Assembly (NCBI GenBank): GCA_020536535.1
Contig: JAHLWZ010000594.1
Coordinates: 1-64,000, forward strand
DNA: 64,000 nucleotides
Direction: 5' to 3'
Source of the DNA: Pelomyxa schiedti
Lineage: Eukaryota; Protista; Evosea
Positions within the stretch are counted from its first letter, which is position 1; each line of letters starts with the position of its first letter. The position numbers and the translations under genes are program-made. Positions 39,981 through 53,027 of this stretch are shown here, piece after piece. Under the pieces are notes generated by a model. It did not search any database and was not told where the DNA came from. It saw only the letters and a program-made list of their open reading frames with translations.

Positions 39981-42653
39981 TTAATTCATCACTGGAGCAG
40001 GCTCAACAACAGCAACGGGCTCTGCAACAGGTACAACAGGCTCCTCAACGGCAACAGCGGCCTCTACTGGTGACATGACAATGCTGGCAACAGCAGTAGC
40101 AGCGCCGGATGCGAAGATTGGGTACAGCACAAGGGTGATTGTGCTCAGAAGCTTGACAAGAACGTGCAAGCTAGGGCCGGCTGTGTCCTTGCATGGGTCA
40201 CCAACGGTATCACCGGTAACAGCGGCCTTGTGTGCCTCGCTCTTCTTTCCACCAAAGCCACCTGTTCGGAATTAGTTGCGGAATTGGAGTGGTGCTTGGG
40301 AATTCATACCGGCTCCGGTCTCGATGAGCTTCTTGGCATTGTCCCAGGCACCTCCGGCATTGTTGAGGAAGAGACCAACGAGGATTCCTCCAATGGTGGC
40401 GCACATAAGAAGGGAAGCGAGAGCCTGAGCGCCCAAGTTGGGTCGAGCGCTGACCATTCCGACGACGCGGAAGAAGAGTCCAGTGCCGATTGGTACTCCG
40501 AGGACCAAGAGGCAAGGGAGAACCATCTCCTTGAGGGCACCACGTGTGACAATGGCGACGCAGGTACCGTACTCGGGCTTCTCAGTTCCGAGAAGAATGC
40601 CTGGTTTCTCCTTGAATTGTCTGCGTACCTACGGAGCAAGTCAGAATTTTGTGTTTGGGAAAAAAAATAATGGAAGATACCTCAATGACAATGAGTTGAG
40701 CGGTTCGTCCAACAGCCTGGATTGCCATTGAGCTGAAGAAGAACACCAAGGCAACACCAATCAGGCCACCGACGAAGATCTCAGGAACGCTCAAGTCGAT
40801 GATCTTGATGGAGCTATCGCCAGTGTAGGCTTGAATGTTGTCCAAGAAGGCGCTGAACAAAAGGAAGCTGGCAAGAGCGGCGCTGCCTACAGCGTAACCC
40901 TTGGTAAGAGCCTTGGTTGTATTTCCGACGGCATCGAGTCGATCCACACGGTTTCTAACCTCGGGATCTGTGAAGGATGTAAGTCATCCGGGTAGACACT
41001 CCTTGAAACATACCACAGCCAGAAAACTCGGCAATACCACCAGCGTTATCAGAGATGGGTCCAAAGGTGTCCATGGCCAAGACAAAGCCGACGCTAATAA
41101 GCATGCCCATGGTGGCAACGGCGGTACCATAGATACCGGATGTCTTAGTATCCTCAAGACCGGTGGTGGATCCAAGCCAGAATGAGCAAAGAAGAGCAGC
41201 GGCGATGCAAATGGTTGGGAGACCAGTGGACTCCATACCGACAGAGAGACCAGCAATGATGTTGGTGGCGTGTCCCTGGGTAGAAGCAGATGCAATGCTC
41301 ATGACTGGGCGGTGGTCGCAGTCAGTGTAATACTCAGTAATGAAGACGAAGGCGAAGCTGAGGGCAATTCCGATGATTCCACAAAGAGCGAAGTGCCACC
41401 AGCACTCGGGGTGAGCAGAGCTGTGAAGAGCAATGCGAGCAACAACGACAACGAAGACGCAGCTGAGGGCCAAGGTAAGGAAGTAACCACGGTTCAGGGA
41501 AGCAATAGGGTCCTCATCATCAGAAGCAGCACTCTCCATAAGTGTTTGGCGGTCAGCGGGTTTGGGATCCTGGACAAATGTTAGGTGATATTACAAGTTG
41601 GAGGAACACATACAGTCTTCTTGGCGTGGACGTAAAGAACACCAATCATTGTGGCGATAAGACCGCAGGCACGGCAGACCAAGGGGAAAAGGATGAAGCT
41701 TGCTGGGGAGTCGATGCTTGGGCAAGTCATCACAACTGAAGCTCCCAGAATCATAGCACCAATGTTTTCGGCAGCAGTGCTCTCGAAGAGGTCAGCACCA
41801 CGACCAGCGCAGTCACCAACATTGTCACCTACGAGATCAGCAACCACGGCGGGGTTTCGTGGGTCATCCTCAGGGATTCCAGACTCGACTTTGCCAACAA
41901 GGTCAGCACCAACATCGGCAGCCTTGGTGTAGATACCACCGCCGAGCTGAGCAAACAAGGCAACGAAGCTGGCACCAAAGCCATATCCAACAATGACCAG
42001 TGGAGCCTTGACCATGGGCACCCAAGGGAAGCACAAGCGAACCAGGGTGTACATGGTAGTCACACCGAAGAGAGACAGAGAAACGATGATCATTCCTGAG
42101 AAAGCACCACCCCTCAGGCATGTCTTGATGGCGTCATCAGCGCTGTGAACAGCGGCTGCAGTAGCACGAACGTTGCAGCGAACGCTGACCCACATTCCGC
42201 ACCACCCGCTGAGACCAGAGCAGGTAGCACCTGGGGAAAAACTCAGCAAGATAATCTCAAACAACAACATATATAGGGAGGAGGAAAACGAAAATAACCC
42301 AAAGAAAAAAAGAACGAAAGAAAGGGAAAAGACTCACCAAGAACGAATGCAACGGCTGTGATGGAAGCCATGGAGAATCGACCAAGTGGTACATCGCTAG
42401 AAGCACCACCCCTCAGTCCCAGATAGACGAGGAAGATAACAACGGCAAACCCGGCAGCAAACATCGAAACGGTTCGGTACTGCACGTTGAGGAACGAGTC
42501 AGCGCCCTCGCGGATGGCGGTGGAGACGGCCTTCATGGCGTCGGTGCCCTCCTCCTTGGCCATAAGCCATTTCAGCAGCCACCAAATGTACCACAGTGAG
42601 AAGCCGACGATGCCGAAGACGAGCGTGATGTAGGCAGCCTCTGCGTATGCCAT
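39981..42653 (-). CDS. hppA: Membrane H+-translocating pyrophosphatase, K+-independent type, multi-exon
   Basis: [75 protein letters not shown]. Confidence 0.96.
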
Positions 42654-43157
42654 TTATTCAATTGTATTGATCGAGTATAGCCTACACGGGGAAACACGTA
42701 AATAAAAGTGTACGCGAATACAAGTGCTATTAAACAAAAAACGAAAGCGACAAAAAACGAAAAAAAAAAAAAAAAAAAAACCAACAGGAACTACGAGGGC
42801 ACTCGCTGTTGCTTGGTTTTTTTTCCTTTCATTATTATTTATTTTTTTTTTTAATTGCGATGTGTTGTTTGCCGTGGCTGTGGTACCTTTTTGGCTTGTT
42901 TTGCCAAGGAAAATGAATAGGCGCGGGCCGAACTCTTAAAAAGAAAAGGAAAATGCAATGTACACAGAAGTTTCCTTCGAAGACTGACACCAGAATTGCA
43001 ATTGAACTCTTTTCCCTTAAAAATCCGGGTGCTGATGTCGGTGATGAGAGAAAAACAGGGTAAAAATAACACGTTAAATATTTTTTATCTGCAGTGAGTA
43101 GCGTCGAAACGCCACTCAGTTAAACTAACGTCACTTAAGGGTTAATATGTGCTGATA

Positions 43158-46100
43158 TCAGCTGTGTCCTGACTTGAAGATTTGTCTGGGGCAATGTGCC
43201 GTGGGTGGAGATTTTTCCCCCTCCGGCCCCGGTTTGTTGTTTGAAGTTGTGGTTGTGGTTGTGGTTGTAGTTGTAGTTGTAGTGGCGATTGATGTGTTTA
43301 TTGTAGCGTTAGCGGAGTTTGAGTGGTGGTGCCTGAGGGGGAGTAGCTCGAGGGCTGATGTGGCGGAGATGTGTCTTCTGTGTTGCAGTGGTACGGCCGG
43401 ATCACCGTCGGTGTCCCGGGAGATTGGGGGTGGAGTTGTGGACCTCTGTGCGGAGTGGAGCTGAAGAGGTGGCATTGTTAGGGGTGTTGAGGTCCGCAGG
43501 AGCGGCCCGACAACTGCCGGGTTTGTTTGAACAACTGGTGATGAGGGTTCTGAGGAGATGTGGACTTGCCGGATGGCATTGGATGAGGAGACGCTGCCGG
43601 AAAATTTGCCTTTGCAGACGGAGGAAAGTACTCTGTGCCATGAGGAGCATGTGAAGGGGCTCCTTGCCGTGAGAGTGATGGTTGTCTGAAGTGATGTCGA
43701 GTGGAGCGAGAAACTGGTGCTGGACATCCTTTTGAAGAAGGTGCTCACAGTCGGTATTGTATACCGGGGATGATGGTGCGACTAAAAGGTGTTAATATTG
43801 AGTAAGTTAGGTGTGGCACTACCTTGATGGATGAGTAAATAAGCATTTGTTGAGGAAACACAGTACACCACATCCATCTACTAGTTACTTTTCCCTTTTT
43901 CTGTAACATTCCTTCCATAAGGGGGCTCTCACTGGTGTTAAAAAATTCGAGAGGTGCATCCTGAATCTGGGTATAGAGATGCTCAAGAAGATCCCTAGAT
44001 TTTTTGAACTTGCGGTAAACTTTGGGAAGGAATACCGTGGGAAATCAGTTTGATTTGAATTGCTGCGGGAATTGCTCTCTACCCACTGAGACATAGAAAT
44101 TTTGGCGAGAGCATTTGCATTATGTAGAGCACTGTTCAGCATGACAATAGAGTACGCTAATGCACAGACCGCATCCGAATTTCCAAACATTTCTTGAACT
44201 TCCTCAATGGATTCGTGGACCCGGGAAGAATAAGCTCGGAGTAATCTATAAATCAATGATTTACAAAGTAATCGAAAGGGAGAAAATACCTGTCAATCCG
44301 TTGTCCTTCACTGGGGAGTGAGAAGAAACGTAGCCAGTGCCTAAGCGACATCTCCAAGTCACGTCCACTGAAGTCAACCAACTTGATGTAGGCCTGCAAC
44401 AAATCGGTCTGGTCACTTGCAGAGATGAGGTCACCAACTGTACCAGGATCGAGTTGATGTTTATGCCTGTGAAGGAAGGAGGCTATTCCTCCAGGGGAGG
44501 TGGGGAAACTCTCCTTCACTGCAACTGCTTCTATGGCACTAAGAGGTTTCATTTTGAACAATCTCAACGTTTCTTCATCCAACGGCTTGCTGCATACTTC
44601 AGATGAACTAGGAGTTGAGTAAGAGGAGGTCTGAGATTGTGAGCAACTGGAACCGGAGGAAGATACAGATGACTGTGAGGAAGTGGAACTGGTACGTAAG
44701 GATCGAGGAGATATGGATGTAAGGGGAGGAGACCGGAGTACTATGGGAGGTGTTGCATGTGCTGAGGAAGTGGACTGAGATGAGTTTCTGGGAGAGGGGA
44801 CCCCAGAATCAGATTCAAGGCTCGTGGCAGATTCTATGCTCGTAGATTGTGCTGTAGTTGGTGGGGTTGGTCGTGGGGATATGCTTTCTGATGACCGTTT
44901 GGCAATTGACTGCGTGAGTAATAGAGGCGGTAGTTGCCCCACCGGAGTGCATAAATCCGTTTCGGTGGCAAAATAGTCTCTGCACTTCAAATGAAGGATT
45001 ACATCCAAGCATTCTAAAATGGGGTTAACTCTCTGCCTTACTGGAGGGGAATTTAAATATACGTTTGCATTGGAGGGCTTCTTTTGAAGAGAGAGGTTTA
45101 TTGCATACACAGCAAACTGATTGCTGTGTGACAGGTAACATCTCGAGGATGTGAGGACCGGAGTGTGTATCCCAGATGCAGACCTTGCCTTCATCACTTC
45201 CTGATAAAATTTAGAGGGGGAAAGCAATTACAACTGGACAACCACTCCAAACTTGGCAATTAGACTTAGAAGGTACTTGCAGCAGGCATCTCATTGTACC
45301 GCTGTACTCATTTGAAAATTCTTGTAGACATCCTCTTGTCTAGAGATATGAATGTCAGTTGTAGTGGTTTTTAATGGGTGCGTACCCTAACATCCCAAAT
45401 TTTGATTTTCTAGGCAAAGTAAGCTCCACAAATAGAGAAATCGGCTCTACCTTATCCCAGGAGCAACCCCACACTCGTAATCCAAGACATAATAGATCAC
45501 TAATTTGGCAAGCGCTTATTACTCCTTTCAGGGTACGATTCTATAGAAGTAAGTGAAAGGGAAATGCACGTGAAACTCACATGTGCATCCCAGATAATTA
45601 TAGTGTCGTTGCCTTAAAATACAATTAGTTTATAACGCTTTTGTAGAGGTTACCATGGGAGCTCCAAATTTCATCTGTCGAAGGTAATCTCCCCTTTACC
45701 GTAACCATAGAACTAACAGATGTTTTTTCTCGTCGCTGTTCAGAGATTTTGAAAGTCTTGGGAGGATGGGATGAGTAGTTTCCCTAATTTGAAGAAGGCA
45801 ACCTTGGCATCGCACATATAAATTCCTTGAGGCGTCCCAATCCATACAGTGGATCCTTGCACAACCATCTTGGACACAAGCGTGTGAAAGTTTATTACTT
45901 TTAGGCACTCAAAAGTCTGGTCTAAGTCAGAGAAGGAAGTGTGGCTACAATTACCTTGGGAGACCAGACGCAAATTTTCTGGTCAGCAGCATAGGACCAA
46001 ACGGTTTTATTATTGACATTCAAAATTGCTGTTATTGGTCCTTTCTTATGCCCAGAGAGCAATTGCCCATAGGGTGTATAAATCTTGAAACTGTGAATCA

Positions 46101-48512
46101 AATTGGAAATAATGTAAAAGCGTACCACATTGAACACCCTTAAAAGATGGTCATCAGAGGCAACCCATACAAAGGGATCAAGTGAGGTCATGGCTCTCAC
46201 TGGCGGTACTGGATACTCTATTCCAGTTGGAGTGTGATCCTGCTGGAAATGAAAAAAAATGAACAAAAGATAATCGCTATACCTCTCTGTTGAATAATTT
46301 GACAGTCCCTGGTTTTCGGCCACTACCGAGAAGAATGAACTTATTGCAAATGGTCATGCATGTTATTGGCCCTGGTGTGTTGAAGTGCTCTAGGGGTTGT
46401 TCGAGTTTTTGTTCTGGTTCTGGTGCCTTATTTCATGCCTATATATGTAACCCTTTTTAAAAAGGTAAATTTGTACCTTGGGAGTTGTTTGGACTGTCTG
46501 AAGGAATTCTTGTACTATTTGGGAACCCCGAGAGTTTGCTAAAATTCCCGCTGACGGGCTACCCACGGGTTCCTCTATTCTAACTTTCAGATCTTTGGCT
46601 TCAGATGCTGGAGCGGCACAGGTTACAGTAGATTTTGGTGTGGCTGTCTGGAGGTCCTTGTCTTCTTGATCCCTAAATGATGGCGGAGACAATATCCCCA
46701 AAATATGACAGTTTTGCATCAATTTCCTCCCCAGTTCATAAACTTTGACTTCCCAGTCATCATGTAATCTTCTGCTGTACATGTACTGTTTGTATTCAAG
46801 TGGGGAGGCACAGGGATCCAATGATGGTGGTTGTGGAGGCTGGGAGGGGGATATTTTTCGAGCAAGCTCGTGCCATTGTGAAGCTGTTGGTACTGAGCTG
46901 GGTGCTTGCATATTTCTAAGGGAAGCCACTCTGCGATAGCACTTGGGGGAAATGGGAGGAGGAGCAGCAGGTGGTGGTATGCACTAGTGTATTGAGTGAG
47001 GTCTGTTTTAATTCTTGTCAATACCTCATCTATGGCTGACATCATAGTCCTAAGGGCTTGAATAACCTCTGTTTTAGGAGGTCTTAGGAGACGGCTGCGA
47101 TGCAATGGTGGCAGACAATCTATTGCTTGCTATTTGAGTCAGAAACAAACAGCTGCAATAGTGTATTACATCAGCAACAGAACCTAGCTTGGCTCGCAGC
47201 AGGGAAACAGCTTCATCCATTAAATTGTTGTCATTCTTTTCGTCCTCTATTTGCTTATTCATTTTATTTTGTGCATCTTTCACGTTGACAAGTAAGGCTT
47301 GAACTTTTTTCTCTTTAGCTTCATCTAGGGGTGGGAAAAGGTTATTAAGGTATGGGGTAAAATGACGAAAATACAGGAATCAAAAGTTTCCTGAAGTTCA
47401 GCTTCTAAATCGGCTTTTTCTTGAACAATTGCCTCTTTTTCTTGTAAGAGACCAATTACCTTCTGGGTCAGGTAGTCCCTTTCTTCGAGCAGTTGTTGTT
47501 CTAATGTACTGTTAGGAAATCGCAATACAAAAAATACTACCTCGTGGAGAATCATCTTCTACCATTTCCACAGCACTTATGCGGCCCCCTTTGATTTGGA
47601 ATTTGAATTTGATTTGCTGATCAGAGTCAATTTGAATCTGTACAAGTGAATCGACTTGTGGTGTTTTGCTCATACACACTGGTAAGGCTGCAGCTTCTGG
47701 CTTTAATTGAAGCTCATTCATACGTTGTAAGACAGAGGAGTGTGCCTTTTTTTCGGTTTCAAGTTCCATGTTCAGCAGTTTATTTGTCTAGTGGCCGTCA
47801 ATGTGGCAAAGTGATGTTGAACTAATGCCTGTTCAATTGAGGCAAGTTCTTCAAGTAAACTTTGGAGTTTATTTACAGTTTGCTCACTCATTTTTTCTTT
47901 ACTTTGCCTTTCTTCAACCAGTTGCTAGATAAAGGTGAGGAATTGTACGAAATAGAAAAATAGAAACCAGTTCAAGTTGGTCAATGCGTTTACTTTCGCG
48001 CTCACGTACTTCCTCCATAATCCTTTTCTATCATTTAGAAAGGTTTGTAAACAGTTGTAGGATACCGCTGGTAGCTTGTTATCTGGTCAATTAAGCTGGT
48101 AATAGTTTCCTGGCACTGAGCTACTTTCTGTGTTTCCAGTACTAACTTCTCCTCGACTGTGTAAGACTCCCCCCCACCTATGTCAGGTCAAATGAGTTAC
48201 AACTTGAGAAAGTCAAACTCTCTGAGCCACTGTCAGAGATGTTATCTGTGATACAAATAAGTTACAATGGAATAATCTGGGGGAAGCAAACATGCCCTCG
48301 TTTTCGCTGCTTTGGTCAGACGAGGTAGCAGAGGAAACTGAAAATAAGGACACACTTCGTGGGAGTGCCCTTGCATCTTCTGAAACAAAGACGTAAGAAA
48401 ACAAATCACGCGAGGCAAGAAAAAAACCAGTGGACACAATGTCCACGTCAGCGTCAGTGTCACTGGTACTCCTCTCTCGTTGACCAACTATCCCTGTGCC
48501 ACCTCCACTCAT
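43158..48512 (-). CDS. Large Arf-GEF: coiled-coil + beta-propeller-like region + Sec7 + PH, multi-exon
   Basis: Sec7 motifs FSLPSEGQRIDR and LAYSIVMLNSALHN; PH (MEGMLQKK..LTARS..WHRVL); WD-like GHKKGPITAIL..VWSYAADQKICVW; heptad-rich N-terminus. A single-gene model is assumed. Confidence 0.7.
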
Positions 48513-48828
48513 CTCACCAACACAAACCAACCCACCCTCCTCAACTGTGGTCCGTTGTTTATGTTTCAATAATGAGATCTCAAACACAACAATTAACGAG
48601 TGGCACCCGCGCCGGGCTATTACTCCCAACAACCAAGCTCGTTTGCCCCGCTGTCCAACTTCAGCTAAACAGCCTTGACTGATTGATGTTCCGGAAAGGT
48701 GAAAAAGACTCAGAGAGTTCCCGGTTTATTATTACAAACTGTACTAATCGTTTGCGGCGTTGCGTTGAAGTTTCCGAACAAACAAACGTGCACAGCGACC
48801 CATAATTGTGCAATAGGCAGGCGTTGGG

Positions 48829-49335
48829 ATGTGGGAGTACCTTGGGGAGGGTGCTGTTATTGGCCTGGCAGTTGGTTGTGCAGTTCTTGGTTTCATAGTG
48901 ATGTGCGTCATTACTTGCCTGTGTGCCAACAAAATTGAGGGTTATGATGTTAAGGTTTGTTGGAAAGAGGCCTCCTTATTTTGAAAATACAATGTAATAA
49001 GCATAGGAGCATGGTGGGGAGTGTATTATCTGCAATCCGGCACCGAAACCATCGGGCTTGGGACTGTGCTTCCTCTGGTGGCCTTTTTTACTCCTCACTT
49101 CCTGTTGCACACTGATTTCCATTGGACTGGCAATCGGTCTGGTGCTTGCACTAAGTGTGCTTTTGTCTCCTTTGATCTCACAAGTAATCTTTGGTGCACA
49201 GAGACCCAGACCATCCAGCTTGTTACGGGACTGATCGTTGGTGTAACCATTGGCTCAGTTATTTTCTTTGTGAGTGTCACCATGCTGATAACCTGGAATG
49301 CTGGTAGTTGTTTCACTGGCAAGTTGCCTGCCTGA
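48829..49335 (+). CDS. Small ~146-aa membrane protein, unknown function
   Basis: Exon 48829-48940, intron 48941-49006, exon 49007-49335 join in frame; about three hydrophobic segments. Confidence 0.5.
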
Positions 49336-49542
49336 TCATTGCTCTTGAACCAACTGGCACTGAAAACTGCTGGCTAAGCTGAATTTTGTACAACATGGAA
49401 CACCATCATTGTTCCCTCTGTGTTTGTATCCCTCACAATGTCATTAAGTTGGTGAAGTGGCCTGTGTTTGTACTTCTCACCTCAGTTTCACTGAACGGAT
49501 TCCACCCAAGGAGGGTTACGTAACGAAGGCATACACACTTTG

Positions 49543-51072
49543 ATGGGCCTTAGCACCAGCGTCCCAGAGACGCGACGTCCCGGTGGTCGTGGGCCCACGC
49601 CCTGCGACCGCCACACTTTCAACACCACCGACCTCGGCTGGCGCCAGCAGGTCCTGGCCTTCCTCGCGTCGACGCACCCCCGCTGCGGCCGCCACAGCCC
49701 AGCCCGCCTCCTGCTCCCCCAAGGCGCCCCGCTCCTCCGCCTCTTCGTGTCCGCCTGGCTCGCCCCCGCCCACTCGCTGATCCTCACGTGGGACCAGCTC
49801 CGCCTCGACCCCCGGGCCCCGCACGACCTCCTGGCCAGTTCCACCAGCTCGGCGCTGCTCCGCGTGTCCCGCGGGACCCTCGGCGTCGTTGGGCCCCCGG
49901 CGCTGCTGGTGCCCCGTTGTGCCCCGGGTACCATTGCGGAGGTCCTCGCGTGGATCGACGGCACGCACTGCGTGGCCATTCTGCAGGCGGAGGAGATTTT
50001 TGGGCCACAGATGCTGTGCGTGAGGGATACTGTCCGCATGGTCAACACGCCACTCAATGTCCTTGCGGTGAAGGGGACAGTATATGTTGTGTGCAACAGG
50101 CAGTGGGTGTCATTTGTTCCCAGCGAGTCTATGTTGCTGGTGTGGAAGCTATCTGCTGATTGTGTGGATGGGCAGCAGGGCGTGGTTGCCCCTGTTGCGT
50201 TGTCGGGAATCATGGCAGCCTCACACTCACAGGGAAATGGTGACCTCTTTTTTGAAAGAGATGGGGAGGAGACCGGCGATTATGGTGATGTGATTGGCGA
50301 TGATTGTGATGAGATTGGTGATGAGATTGGCGATGGTGGTGATGAGATTGGCGATGATGGTGATGTTGAGGGAGAGGAAAGTGACACAGAAAATTACACG
50401 CCGCTACACAACCTGCATGTGGTGAGGTTCTATTCCGATAATGTACTCTTGTGTTGGGGCACTAGGGGACCCAGGGACGGTTCTCGAGTCTGCTGTTATC
50501 TTTTGGATGTGCCCAAGTCATTCCAGGCCACAAAGATGGTTCCACAAACTGAATTTGAGTTCCTATTGACGCAGCCAGGCTACACAATTGAGAGTTTGGA
50601 TTTATGGCTGTTCCATGAATCGCAATTCCAAGACAGAGTGGTTGTTGTTGGCTCTCAGAGTACTGAAACCACCTCCCTGTTTGCCGTAGAGCACCACGTG
50701 CCGTCCTCCTCCCCACCACCTCCTCATCAGCAACCACAGAAACATCTACAACAATTACGTGCAATCACACTGTGTGACTCGATCAAATCAGTGGCCTTTG
50801 CAGGGAGTTTCTTTGCGTTTGTGACCGAGGGGAACCCCACGCAGGCACAGGTTCACAGGGCCAGTGACCCGATTCCATCACCACCACACATTGTGATTGA
50901 CTTGGTTTGTGTTGGTGCTAATGTTTCCTCAGCGGGTCAGTTCCTAGTTGTTCTCAAGCCCCGTCACATTCAAGTCCTTGACCCAGACACTGGGGTTGTC
51001 ATTGTCACACTGACACCACTCCATGATGGTTCTGTAAACACCATCATTTCTCCCCACCAACAAAATGCCTAA
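49543..51072 (+). CDS. Uncharacterised HPRCG-box family protein 6 (divergent, intronless, with an acidic DEIG repeat)
   Basis: RQQVLAFLASTHPRCGRHSPARLLL; ~510-aa ORF ending in a QVLDPDTGVVIVTL strand like the other members. Confidence 0.85.
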   Translation: MGLSTSVPETRRPGGRGPTPCDRHTFNTTDLGWRQQVLAFLASTHPRCGRHSPARLLLPQGAPLLRLFVSAWLAPAHSLILTWDQLRLDPRAPHDLLASSTSSALLRVSRGTLGVVGPPALLVPRCAPGTIAEVLAWIDGTHCVAILQAEEIFGPQMLCVRDTVRMVNTPLNVLAVKGTVYVVCNRQWVSFVPSESMLLVWKLSADCVDGQQGVVAPVALSGIMAASHSQGNGDLFFERDGEETGDYGDVIGDDCDEIGDEIGDGGDEIGDDGDVEGEESDTENYTPLHNLHVVRFYSDNVLLCWGTRGPRDGSRVCCYLLDVPKSFQATKMVPQTEFEFLLTQPGYTIESLDLWLFHESQFQDRVVVVGSQSTETTSLFAVEHHVPSSSPPPPHQQPQKHLQQLRAITLCDSIKSVAFAGSFFAFVTEGNPTQAQVHRASDPIPSPPHIVIDLVCVGANVSSAGQFLVVLKPRHIQVLDPDTGVVIVTLTPLHDGSVNTIISPHQQNA

Positions 51073-51109
51073 CATTGGTAGGGAGAAATGATGGTGTTTA
51101 CAGAACCAT
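51026..51109. repeat. 35-bp inverted repeat (1 mismatch, 14-nt loop) spanning the stop codon
   Basis: atggttctgtaaacaccatcatttctccccaccaa / ttggtagggagaaatgatggtgtttacagaaccat. Confidence 0.95.
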
Positions 51110-51216
51110 TTCCCAGATAAAACAATTGTCTGAATTATGGCTTGTTTCCGTGGTGTGATTTGGGTTTTTTGGCAAATGGTTGGTATTTGTATTTGTATTT
51201 GTGTTGAATAGACTAG

Positions 51217-52721
51217 TTACATTCGCATTGACATGGAGGGAAGGTAGATACCACCGGATCTGTGCAGGTTGGGGTTGTAGGCGGATGGGGGTGGGGATGG
51301 TGAGTGTGCACTGAATGAGTTGTTGTATGACTGTGCTGGTGCAAACGGCGCGGCTGAGAGCGATGTGACTAGGGTGGATGCCGATACTGCTACTTGCTGC
51401 TGGGATTGCTGTGCCTGCTCTTGTGCGGGTAGAAGGTTGCTAAATCCATAGAGGCAGCAGCAGTATTTGGCCTCGTCGATTTTGTTGTCAAAAAACTGCC
51501 ACTGGATTTTAAAGAATAGCTCGCTGGTCAGTAGGCTGTCGCTACCAGCTTGGTGCTGTGGCCCAATGCGTTTCACCTGTCCGCAGTTGTTGGGTATTGG
51601 ATGGCAGAAAAGAAGGAACCTCTAAGTAATTGGCGATATCCTGAAGACCTTTTTGCGGGAACATGGTAAGATTGTCCGCAATGATATATTTTATGTCGTA
51701 GTATCTTTCCTGTTATCAGTGTGTATTGACATAATTTCAAGTAAACTACCTTGGGAAATATGTTTTAACTAAGTCGAAAAACCCCGATTCTTCGGCAGGA
51801 AGAGGGGAGCATGTGAGGATCTAGGTAGTGTAAGTCGGTAAATTTTTCCTAACAAAGCACCTTAATCAAGTACCCGAAGTCATAGCCACTATGGAAGGAG
51901 AGCCAAGAGACATTGTCACAAAGAACTAATCCGCTTGCCATAAGAAGCTCTCCGAAGTCAGCTACATCAATGCCCATTGCTTCATTTTTGTCGAACTCGA
52001 TGCCGGAAGTAACAAGCAGGTCGATGGAATCAGCCGCATACATGTCCTCCCTGGTGAAAATTAGGTGAAAAATATTTGCCAGGCAAATGTGGTACTTTAG
52101 GTTGAACTTGAAGTTGAATTGCCATGTACAAACTCCATTGGGGAGTTTCCCGGTGTTGTCAGAAAAGGTAAGCCCGATTTGAATAATCTTGAGTAAATCC
52201 ACATTGCACCTGCACGCGGGGCCATTCAGCAACACAAGCCACGAGAGTGATAGCACTAAATTTAGAAGCAAAATCCACAAGTACCTTAGTCTTTGGTACT
52301 GGTAATCAGCCGGGTTCCTGAAAGAGCCCACAGGCCTAGCAACCACTCCCGGAAATTCAGTATCCTTCATGATGCACATGTTTAAGATACGCCATCAAAC
52401 TCACACACAACATTGTACAGCGTGACAACATAAACAAAAGGGGGTCGAAAACAGGAACTGTTACACGCAAAACCAAAACCAAAACCAAACAAAAACCACA
52501 GCCACCATTGCGACGCAGGGGTAGTCGTCTAGTAGCAGCGATATCTTCCTCATCTCGTCGTGGAGGTTGTACGCCCACACGTCGCGGATGCACTCGCCAC
52601 CAGATCCACCGCCACCATGTTGGTTGTTTGCTCCGTTGTTGTTGTTGTTGGCACACATCATCATGTTATTCGCCGCCGTCTGTTGCGCGTTGTTGTTGTT
52701 GTTCGTAGTCCTGCCTGACAT
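51217..52721 (-). CDS. CAF1: CCR4-NOT deadenylase subunit CAF1/POP2 (CNOT7/8), multi-exon
   Basis: IRDVWAYNL, M|DTEFPGVVARP, CNVDLLKIIQIG, FHSGYDFGYL, RIGPQHQAGSDSLLT. Confidence 0.96.
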
Positions 52722-53027
52722 AGGTTGATCGGGATCTGTTTAGTCGATTTGCCAAGTGATGAGGGACTCCAAGTTGGGCAGGCTCCAGTCCCCATGATCG
52801 CTGCTCATTCAGAAGAGCGGCGAGAGAAGGACGCACATTTGTTGTGGGAAGCTACCAGAGGATCGGAAGGGAACCGAAGCTCTTTCTTCTTCGGTTAGCG
52901 CTTCAAGGAAGGTTCTTTGAGAGAAACTAAAAAAAAAACGAAGGCAAAAAAAACAAAAGAAAAACACGGTTGACAGTTGAGAGGGTGCCGGACGAACCTG
53001 TGATAAATCAGTAAATAAACAAAAAAC

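Noticed and set aside
50280-50365. GATGAGATTGGC repeats considered as a CRISPR-like array
   Set aside because: Short in-frame coding repeats (DEIG) without unique spacers; no cas genes; eukaryotic context.
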